41,953 nt of DNA, from IMG/VR virus record IMGVR_UViG_3300045988_168287; one strand, 5' to 3'. Positions 35,226 to 41,953 of this stretch are shown here, piece by piece. The translations under genes and the position numbers were made by a program. The notes under the pieces are model-generated. The model was not told the DNA's origin. It made no database searches and saw only the letters and a program-made list of their open reading frames with translations. Positions within the stretch are counted from its first letter, which is position 1, and each line of letters opens with the position of its first letter. Source of the stretch: a virus.

Positions 35226-35639
35226 CTATTCCAATATATTATAAGGAAAGTGGTTGCTTTTATAGCTGATTACAACCTCATTTAGCTGATTATCTTTGAC
35301 TGATTCAGGGCAATTCTTCGTAATCTCTACAGTTGTATACGGTCTGCCTTTGGAGCCTACGAGTAGTTTGGTACCATCAATCAATTCCACCTTAAAGTCG
35401 AGCTTTTTAGGATATTGAGGAAGATCATCAGCCGTATACAACTTGATTGTCGTAGACACAACCATGTTGTTATCCTCTATTTTTGACTCAGATACCAGTG
35501 AAGGATGACTTCTGGCACAGATTTCTTGCCACTTGATATCTTGTGGTAGTCTCACATGGTCATCTGGGTAGATGATAGTATCAAGAATCTGATTAGAGTC
35601 GGCATAAGCTATCGACTTAACAATTTTGCTATACTTCAT
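35226..35639 (-). CDS. Hypothetical protein (137 aa)
   Basis: ORF only. Confidence 0.45.
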   Translation of the reverse strand: MKYSKIVKSIAYADSNQILDTIIYPDDHVRLPQDIKWQEICARSHPSLVSESKIEDNNMVVSTTIKLYTADDLPQYPKKLDFKVELIDGTKLLVGSKGRPYTTVEITKNCPESVKDNQLNEVVISYKSNHFPYNILE

Positions 35640-35726
35640 ATTATATATAATGTTAGATGGTTAGACAATTATATCGAACGGTGGCGAACACCACGGCAAA
35701 CTTTGTCCGCACGAATTATAGATTAA

Positions 35727-36209
35727 TTAACGCTTTTTTTCTTGCGTGCGAGATTTCCTGCGCAAGTCGATACCTGCAGAGAGGTACGCTCTGCGCATAC
35801 GCTGGTATCTCATCTTGAGTGTATAATCATAATCGGTACTGATGCCATTCGCCTCACACCAAGCACGAACGGCTGTCAACAAGGTGCATTGGCTAAACTC
35901 CTTTGCAGACAAATCGCTCCATAGCTGCAGACGAAAAGTATTCTCGATAAATTCTGCCAACAGTTTGCAGCCATGGTGGGAGAGATAGTTGTATGTAACT
36001 ACAGGCTTCTGCTTAGAGTCAGGTATACAGATGGCAACCTCGTTGCCACGTCGCAGAACTGGAGTAGCAGTAGGCTGAGGAATAAGGAGACGACGGATGC
36101 AAGCATTCTCTGCAGATTGAGCAGGGAAGACTACAGGATTGCCATAATGGTGATGAAGCCATTGAGCTAAGAATGGTTTCATCTCGAGATAAACGAGGTA
36201 CTTAGACAT
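35727..36209 (-). CDS. Hypothetical protein with basic C-terminal tail (possible regulator)
   Basis: 160 aa ending RRKSRTQEKKR. First gene after the ori-like region, with its own -7 box. Confidence 0.45.
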   Translation of the reverse strand: MSKYLVYLEMKPFLAQWLHHHYGNPVVFPAQSAENACIRRLLIPQPTATPVLRRGNEVAICIPDSKQKPVVTYNYLSHHGCKLLAEFIENTFRLQLWSDLSAKEFSQCTLLTAVRAWCEANGISTDYDYTLKMRYQRMRRAYLSAGIDLRRKSRTQEKKR

Positions 36210-36249
36210 ATATTGAGGTTTGGAATAGATTATGTTCGTAAGTTCCCTG

Positions 36250-36257
36250 CAAAGATA
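36250..36257 (-). promoter_or_regulatory. -7 promoter box TATCTTTG
   Basis: The + strand reads CAAAGATA, about 40 nt upstream of the ATG at 36209. Confidence 0.4.
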
Positions 36258-36310
36258 GGGGATTTATATTAAATAACCTACTTTATAAGGATATTTCTTA
36301 TTTTATTAGT

Positions 36311-36342
36311 CTTCTCTTCCTCTCTCTGTCTCTCTCTTCTCT
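36311..36342. repeat. Polypyrimidine (CT) tract
   Basis: CTTCTCTTCCTCTCTCTGTCTCTCTCTTCTCT: 31 of 32 nt are pyrimidines on the + strand. Confidence 0.9.
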
Positions 36343-36369
36343 GAGTCTGATATGATTTGCTACGAAAAG

Positions 36370-36638
36370 TTTGTGAGAATGTGAGAATGGGGAAAACCGC
36401 TCAAAACCTTAGTGTTTATGCGACTTTGGGAGAATTGCAACTTACTAATCACATTTTGTGATAGCAAAAAAAGTTTGTGATAAACTATATAGAAGGAGGG
36501 CATCGAGCAGCTTATCACAACTTTGAAATTTTTGTGATAGGTTTGTGATGCAAGTTTGTGATAAGTTTGTGAGCGCTGAAACCCCTTTATTTACTATGTT
36601 TTTTGTGTTTTTCAAACTCCCTGTTACAAAATCACAAA
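36370..36638. repeat. Iteron cluster, putative origin of replication
   Basis: TTTGTGA occurs in direct orientation at 36370, 36455, 36474, 36531, 36542, 36555 and 36566. The last four are spaced 11, 13 and 11 nt apart. An inverted copy lies at 36632..36638, and GTGAGAAT is tandemly repeated at 36373..36388. Confidence 0.6.
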
Positions 36639-36753
36639 GTTTTTGTAGTAAAAATGAAAGGGGGAAGGGGGATGGCAAAGACGGCATGCCGTGGCAAAAT
36701 ATGCTTTGTCAATAAAAGTGACTTCGGATATTTTATCGGCTGTTTGTGGTAAT

Positions 36754-36793
36754 GAAAAAAAGCGGTGCTGCAGATATTACTCCACAACACCGC
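36754..36793 (-). terminator. Terminator after the primase/helicase gene
   Basis: GCGGTG (36762..36767) pairs with CACCGC (36788..36793). On the - strand a T7 run follows. The loop is long (20 nt). Confidence 0.45.
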
Positions 36794-36821
36794 ACATTTG
36801 CGAATATGAATATGATTATGA

Positions 36822-39749
36822 CTAGAATGGTTCTTCAGAGTCTCTTTGACTTTCGAGATACTTGGCTTGCTCTGCAGCCTCTGTAGCTTCTGCAGCTTTG
36901 GTTGACTTCAGATATATCATATCCTTGGTCTTCTTATTGCCTGGAGTAATCTCGATGCTGTGCTGAATACGCCCAGAGCTATTGCATAGTTCTTCAGGGT
37001 TTAATGCCTCTATCCATGGACAGAGACTGGCGAATGCCTTAAGCTTACGAGAGAAGCTTTGCATGGTTATCTTGTTAGTGTTGGCAAAGCTACGATATTC
37101 ATCGAATACCTTGTCACGCTGAAGAAAGGTATCCAGGTTTTCGCTATCCTTAGCGAAATAACCATAAGCCCAGTCTTCAAAGTTTGTTCCCATCTCTGCC
37201 TTGAATTTACGCTTTACGATATTAGACATTGGTGGCATGGGTTTGATGGGTTTGTCGCTTATAGATAGGTAGAAGCGACAACATTGAAGCCAGAAGTTGA
37301 TGTCGTCCATCCATTCGGCTTCGCTATAATCTTTGGCGTATAGAGTTTTATCGAAGTCGTCGTAAATGCTGCGAGTCTCGAGATAGTCGTTATCTTCAGT
37401 TTTTTGATGATAATAATCAGAGAACACCATGTATATTAGACGAGCTTCTGAAGATGGATCAAAATCAGAAGGCACGTAGTTAGTCGTAAAAGCCAACTTC
37501 GGACTGTCCTCAAATGGAATAGTGAACGATTGATTGTTCTTTGGATTTACAGTCATATCGCTCGTGATGTTATCGTAGAATAGACCCGTGTTGAAGTATC
37601 TATCACAGTCATCGAAGAGAAGCAATTGTGTATGCTGATTCACCTGGTCGAACACGTGAGGGTTATCCATTAGTTTAGGATTACGACCTGAGAGCTTTAT
37701 GGTCTTCATTAGCATAGACAGAACCTTGAAGAAAAACGACTTACCACTTCGTCCATTACACTCGTTTTCTTCGCCTATTTTATTGTCCATTGCCATAGGT
37801 GCCCAAGCTCGCTCAGGAGACTTGAAATGATGCATCATATAGCCGAATGTAAATATCTTATTAATAAGGTTTGCTTTTTGTTCCTTAATCTCTTCAGGTG
37901 TAAGACTTACGCCCTCGATATCGAAAGGATGCTGCGCATGATATTTACTCATGGCGTCGAGATTGCCATCGAAAGCATATTCCATTTCCTTACGCCAGTA
38001 GATACGGCTGGTATTAATGAGATACCCAAAAAAATGACTTTTTACATTTTTGATTTTGATATCGAAGATGTCTTTGCCTTTGTCATCTTTGGTTCGGATA
38101 ATTTCGAATGCGTCTTCTCCTTTCTTGTATTCGTGTTGGATTACATTATTCTCCCACACATAGTTATGCAGGTCGTCAGAACCTGGTGTATACTCTCGTA
38201 TGCCATCATCGTCAGGTGATGTTGGTCTGGTAATCTCGATAGTCTTGTTAGAAAAAAAGAAAAGTTGGCTCTTAGCTGTATGAGACGTAAAGTCGAGGTC
38301 AATCTCTTGCAATGATTCAAGACTGGCTGGAGAGAATTTAGGAGAGTTGAGGATTAAGTTAAGAACCTCAAGGTCTTCGTATCTCTCACGAACCCACGAA
38401 GCTGCAAATTCTCTGATATCCTTAACGGTGATACGCTTCACAATATTACCTTCAAGACGAACATATTGAGTAATGGTTGAATTCTCGTCATGCAGAGCAT
38501 AGAAACCATTCAGCTGAAGGAAATTGTAGAGATATACAGTGTTAATCTCGTGCTTCAGCTTTCCGTCCTTGTTACGATAGCTAACCCAAAATTTAGCAGG
38601 CATAGCCACCTTGAGTAGATTGTTGAAGTCTTTTTTATCTCGTCGAATCTCCATCCAGTCGCGAAGATCCTTGCGCGAGCGACCTCGGTTGTCTTTGTAT
38701 GTGCTGAGCCAAGAAGGTAGCCATACTGTACGGATATCGATGAAGCGAAGTGCTAACTCCTTGCCTTTGCGTCTACCTGTATCATCGATGTCTGGTATAT
38801 TGTACAATACTTCTACGTACTTCATTATCTCTTTATATTCCTCTACAGATAGCTTGTAGGTCTCTGAATTAAACCATAGAGGATAATATCCCATGGAACG
38901 GCAGCAGAGGGAGTCACGCTCACCTGAACATATAACAGCTTCAGGAAGTTTCTGCTCTCGATATGGCTGCTCATCGCCATGTGTGCTCTGCCATTCTTGC
39001 GCAGCCTCTCTATTGAACTTATGATAAGCATCCTTAAGTTCTGAGAGACCATTGATATAGAGACGTGGCTTTTTACCTGCCGGAGTGTATGAAAAGCGGA
39101 AACCTTTATCGCAATTAAAAGGTTCATACACCTTATAGAATTTCTCTTCAGGTTTGTCTCCTTCTGCTTTCTTGACAAGGCATTCGCGGATAAATATTGG
39201 ATAATGGTCGTTGGAGTATTTGATAGTAGCCTTGCGGTCTTTAACGTTGCTTATCCATTTAACAGAATGCCAATGAAGAGCATCGACATCAGCTTGCGTT
39301 ACCTTCGGACCAAGCGTCTTGAGTTCAAAATCCGTAAACTTTTCATTGAGCTCGAAGTTACGAGAACCATCCGCTTCGTCTTGGTTAGCGTCACGCTGCC
39401 TGATATCTGGGCGGTTTACACTACGGTCAAGTTCGTCGCGAACACCATACTCGGCAGCGAGCTTGAGTATAGCTGCACCGAAGTCAGATCTGTCGTAGTT
39501 GTTCTCACGCATATATATATCGATAGCGTTTTCAGCGTGCCCTGAGTCTCCAAAATCAGTTACTTGCCATATTGTGCCATATTTAGCTGAGTTGTGTTGA
39601 CGTAAGGATGCTGAAGGCGTCTTCTCGTTCTCTCGTATGGCGAAGTGCTTATTCTTATTCTCTACACACTTCTTAGCTTGTGGGTAGATGTTTAGAATAA
39701 TATCCAAACCACCATTCGTAGCGTTCAATATCTGTTCAACTGTTATCAT
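36822..39749 (-). CDS. DNA primase/helicase (D5/VirE-like P-loop NTPase)
   Basis: 975 aa from MITVEQILNA (ATG 39749). Walker A NGRSGKSFF and Walker B LLLFDDCD lie in the C-terminal half. The large N-terminal domain has a primase-like context. Confidence 0.75.
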   Translation of the reverse strand: MITVEQILNATNGGLDIILNIYPQAKKCVENKNKHFAIRENEKTPSASLRQHNSAKYGTIWQVTDFGDSGHAENAIDIYMRENNYDRSDFGAAILKLAAEYGVRDELDRSVNRPDIRQRDANQDEADGSRNFELNEKFTDFELKTLGPKVTQADVDALHWHSVKWISNVKDRKATIKYSNDHYPIFIRECLVKKAEGDKPEEKFYKVYEPFNCDKGFRFSYTPAGKKPRLYINGLSELKDAYHKFNREAAQEWQSTHGDEQPYREQKLPEAVICSGERDSLCCRSMGYYPLWFNSETYKLSVEEYKEIMKYVEVLYNIPDIDDTGRRKGKELALRFIDIRTVWLPSWLSTYKDNRGRSRKDLRDWMEIRRDKKDFNNLLKVAMPAKFWVSYRNKDGKLKHEINTVYLYNFLQLNGFYALHDENSTITQYVRLEGNIVKRITVKDIREFAASWVRERYEDLEVLNLILNSPKFSPASLESLQEIDLDFTSHTAKSQLFFFSNKTIEITRPTSPDDDGIREYTPGSDDLHNYVWENNVIQHEYKKGEDAFEIIRTKDDKGKDIFDIKIKNVKSHFFGYLINTSRIYWRKEMEYAFDGNLDAMSKYHAQHPFDIEGVSLTPEEIKEQKANLINKIFTFGYMMHHFKSPERAWAPMAMDNKIGEENECNGRSGKSFFFKVLSMLMKTIKLSGRNPKLMDNPHVFDQVNQHTQLLLFDDCDRYFNTGLFYDNITSDMTVNPKNNQSFTIPFEDSPKLAFTTNYVPSDFDPSSEARLIYMVFSDYYHQKTEDNDYLETRSIYDDFDKTLYAKDYSEAEWMDDINFWLQCCRFYLSISDKPIKPMPPMSNIVKRKFKAEMGTNFEDWAYGYFAKDSENLDTFLQRDKVFDEYRSFANTNKITMQSFSRKLKAFASLCPWIEALNPEELCNSSGRIQHSIEITPGNKKTKDMIYLKSTKAAEATEAAEQAKYLESQRDSEEPF

Positions 39750-39839
39750 AATCAAATTCTTTTGTGCAAAATTAGAATGTGCCGTATCGAGGACAAAAAA
39801 CGACAATTATACGGCATTGTATATCACAGAAACACAAGG

Positions 39840-40211
39840 TCACGAATCTGCGGTCTTACCTATGGTAGTCGCTTCAAACAATATCTTTGTAAAATCGTCG
39901 GATATTTTATTGGCTAAAGGATGATTCATTTCTGACCATGGAACTTTCTTGGTTACTTTAACAATCTTTGCATCTTCGTCGGTAATTTCCACATCAAAGC
40001 TCCAATTTTCTTCAAGTTTATATGCGAGCCCCTGCTCGTTCCAAAAGATGTAGTCGCCGATGAAGCAGGCTGCATCATCGAACTGTCTGGTTTTACCATT
40101 AACACCAAGCAAACAACCATTGCTGTATTGTTTTATAGTGAAGTCTGGAGATAGGTTACCAATTTCCTTCATCTCTTCTATAAACTGTATATATTCATCA
40201 ATTGTAATCAT
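39840..40211 (-). CDS. Hypothetical early protein (123 aa)
   Basis: ORF only. Confidence 0.45.
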   Translation of the reverse strand: MITIDEYIQFIEEMKEIGNLSPDFTIKQYSNGCLLGVNGKTRQFDDAACFIGDYIFWNEQGLAYKLEENWSFDVEITDEDAKIVKVTKKVPWSEMNHPLANKISDDFTKILFEATTIGKTADS

Positions 40212-40337
40212 ATTCGTAATGTTTTAATTAGTTATAAACATCTTTTATTAGTACTGATTGCTCTCTGCCCTCAATCCCCACAGACGTTTTCTGTGGGGGT
40301 ATCATTTGATTATGGACAGTTCTAAACAACGTTAATC

Positions 40338-40532
40338 TTACATTTTACGACTTCTGAGAATAATCTTATAAAAATGCGCATGATCTTCCTTGTTAATCAG
40401 AAGTGTTATATTTCGTATTCCATGCCCTGCTTGGCGTACGGTCATCGTATATTGCCGAGGTTCTCGATCAAGAATTTCATATAGATATCTCAACCCTACA
40501 GCACTTACTGCTTCGCATAGCGTTTCTTGCAT
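40338..40532 (-). CDS. Hypothetical small early protein (64 aa)
   Basis: ORF starting 11 nt after the upstream stop. It is followed by an 8-bp hairpin (40276..40298). Confidence 0.35.
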   Translation of the reverse strand: MQETLCEAVSAVGLRYLYEILDREPRQYTMTVRQAGHGIRNITLLINKEDHAHFYKIILRSRKM

Positions 40533-40543
40533 ATTGTATTGTT

Positions 40544-41095
40544 TTAGAAGTTCATTAATTGGAGATGTTTAATAATCCCTCTGCAGTCTTTAACTCCAAG
40601 TTTACGCTTGATGCGGAAGAGCTGCACCTTGATAGTATTAAGATTCTTGCCTAATTCTTTTGCTATTTCCTTGCACGTATACCCGTCGACGTATAGCTTA
40701 GCAGCTCTTGCCTCTTCCGGAGATAGATTGACCACACTTTTAGGTTTACAAATCACATTTTCATCAGGGCAAAAACCTCCACGTAGAGGGCATTTTACTT
40801 CTTCAAAGTGTAGCTTTCTACCTTCAATATCTGCAGTAAGCAAATCATGCTCACCAAAGTTACAGCGTACAAAACGTTCAAGCATCTTGAAGATTCGGTC
40901 GTTCATAGTCCCTTTATTCTTGCTTGCCTGGTATAATTCTGCCAGGCGAGCGTAACAAACAGGGAAACGCTCTTCTATAATTGGGAGTAGGGGATGAATC
41001 TCTGTGCTGAACTTGGTTAACTTTCGCTCATCACCTCCATTTACACTATAATACACCTTACCATTTGGTGAGGTGTGGAATTCTATCTCTTCCAT
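40544..41095 (-). CDS. LuxR/GerE-type HTH transcriptional regulator
   Basis: C-terminal LSPEEARAAKLYVDGYTCKEIAKELGKNLNTIKVQLFRIKRKLGV matches the LuxR-type HTH. A Cys-containing segment lies upstream (CPLRGGFCPDENVIC). Confidence 0.7.
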   Translation of the reverse strand: MEEIEFHTSPNGKVYYSVNGGDERKLTKFSTEIHPLLPIIEERFPVCYARLAELYQASKNKGTMNDRIFKMLERFVRCNFGEHDLLTADIEGRKLHFEEVKCPLRGGFCPDENVICKPKSVVNLSPEEARAAKLYVDGYTCKEIAKELGKNLNTIKVQLFRIKRKLGVKDCRGIIKHLQLMNF

Positions 41096-41295
41096 AAGCC
41101 TTCTTCTATTACCACTTGGATCGTGACTTCCTCGAGCTTGTTTAATTTGCTGTTTGGCTTTTTTGCCAGTTTTCTGCTAATAGTGTTTGCTTTCATACCG
41201 TATCTTGTTGATAAATATAAAAGGAACTGGCTTTTCTCTTTTTTAGAGAGATTCTGATAATAAACCATAGGGTTTACATTTTCGGATTTTCCCAT
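41083..41295 (-). CDS. Cro-like small early protein (70 aa)
   Basis: Start MGKSENVNP at 41295 fits the -7 box at 41335..41342. It is divergent from the repressor gene, and the function is inferred from that position. Confidence 0.4.
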   Translation of the reverse strand: MGKSENVNPMVYYQNLSKKEKSQFLLYLSTRYGMKANTISRKLAKKPNSKLNKLEEVTIQVVIEEGLWKR

Positions 41296-41323
41296 TTTTC
41301 TCTTGTTTACGTCAAATGTTATT

Positions 41324-41342
41324 GTTAACTTTGCGACAAAGA
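41324..41342. promoter_or_regulatory. Back-to-back divergent -7 boxes sharing a palindrome (lysis/lysogeny switch)
   Basis: TAACTTTG on the + strand (41324..41331) and TATCTTTG on the - strand (41342..41335). Together they form the palindrome CTTTG-CGA-CAAAG (41327..41339). Confidence 0.5.
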
Positions 41343-41420
41343 TAAACATAAATAACCAAACAATCCTACTTTATTAGGAGAAAACTTTCCTAACAAAGAA
41401 GGATTTAACCTTTATTAAAT

Positions 41421-41858
41421 ATGCGTTACGAAAACAACATTATTAAAAGCGCGAGGGTTAAAGAACTTCTGCTTAAGACAGGAATGAGCATTACTGATTT
41501 CAGTAAAAGCTTGTGGGGAGCAAAGAGCCATAATAGTTTGAGCTATTTCGATGCCAGGCCAGACGTTAAGGTTTCAACATTGGTTAGGATGGCAGAAATC
41601 TTAGATTGCTCGATAGAAGATATCCTTATTAAGAAGGACAGCAGCTCGGACGCTCCGACAGTAAACGGATATCACAAAGTCATTAATGATAACTATGTAA
41701 ATGCAGATGTTACTACATTGAGGGCTGAAATAAAAGCACTAAAAATGGTCATCGAAGAGAAGAATCAGCGTATTGAAGACTTAAAAAATACTAATGAAGC
41801 TCTCGATAAAAGACTTGATATGGTGCTCCAGCTTGGACAAGCGAAAGACGGAAAATAA
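41421..41858 (+). CDS. cI-like repressor (XRE-family HTH plus C-terminal coiled coil)
   Basis: N-terminal HTH (LLLKTGMSITDFSKSLWG..VSTLVRMAEILDCSIEDIL) and a C-terminal heptad region. It is on the same strand as int and divergent from the early genes. Confidence 0.75.
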   Translation: MRYENNIIKSARVKELLLKTGMSITDFSKSLWGAKSHNSLSYFDARPDVKVSTLVRMAEILDCSIEDILIKKDSSSDAPTVNGYHKVINDNYVNADVTTLRAEIKALKMVIEEKNQRIEDLKNTNEALDKRLDMVLQLGQAKDGK

Positions 41859-41898
41859 TTAATAACCTGTGATGAAGTCAAGCAATGCTATTTCTAAA

Positions 41899-41953
41899 AT
41901 TTGGCAAAGTTGGGAAATTTATACATTTTCTCCCAATCCTGCCTCCGCAACTA
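41899..41953. repeat. Terminal direct repeat, copy 2
   Basis: Identical to 1..55. Confidence 0.95.

Noticed and set aside
36445-36687. 80-aa - strand ORF inside the iteron block
   Set aside because: Its repetitive LSQ/FVT peptide pattern is just the translated TTTGTGA iterons. There is no start context, and it lies between a terminator and the next promoter.
1-41953. tRNA, rRNA, tmRNA, CRISPR arrays, transposases and IS elements
   Set aside because: No cloverleaf-compatible T-arm or acceptor sequences (GTTCGAATC/GTTCAAATC types), no regularly spaced repeat-spacer array and no transposase-like ORF were found when reading both strands.

Overview
The window reads as one complete temperate tailed-phage (Caudoviricetes) genome, probably from a Bacteroidota host. 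Host evidence is repeated TTTG/TAnnTTTG promoter boxes, no Shine-Dalgarno sequences, and an integrase with an Arm-type N-terminus. The first 55 nt are repeated exactly as the last 55 nt, so the sequence is either a circular contig (41,898 bp unique) or a prophage cut at its att cores. Only five genes lie on the + strand: the integrase, a cI-like repressor and a hicA-hicB pair. Everything else (about 45 genes) is on the - strand. Read 5'->3' on that strand, the order is: cro-like gene, LuxR-type regulator, primase/helicase, an iteron-rich noncoding block (putative ori), ClpP-like protease/scaffold, major capsid protein, terS-like gene, terL, about 6 kb of accessory cassettes, portal, neck genes, three fibre-like genes (one of 1609 aa), holin/M15 endolysin lysis cassette, a 1633-aa tape measure protein, and a 645-aa tail protein. 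I found no tRNA, rRNA, CRISPR array, reverse transcriptase or transposase. The most interesting material is the accessory block at 23.1-29.1 kb. It holds two copies of one cassette architecture: a terminator repeat, a canonical promoter with paired operator-like repeats, a 51/52-codon ORF missed by the ORF track, a hairpin, and small proteins of one family (three paralogues in total). This resembles acr-aca or autoregulated two-gene modules. The block also holds a five-gene operon of unknown function preceded by a 66-nt helix-enclosed pseudoknot that abuts its start codon, a dense repeat cluster, and an opposite-strand HicAB moron. All functional calls rest on motif recognition from memory and on gene context. 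No database search was possible.
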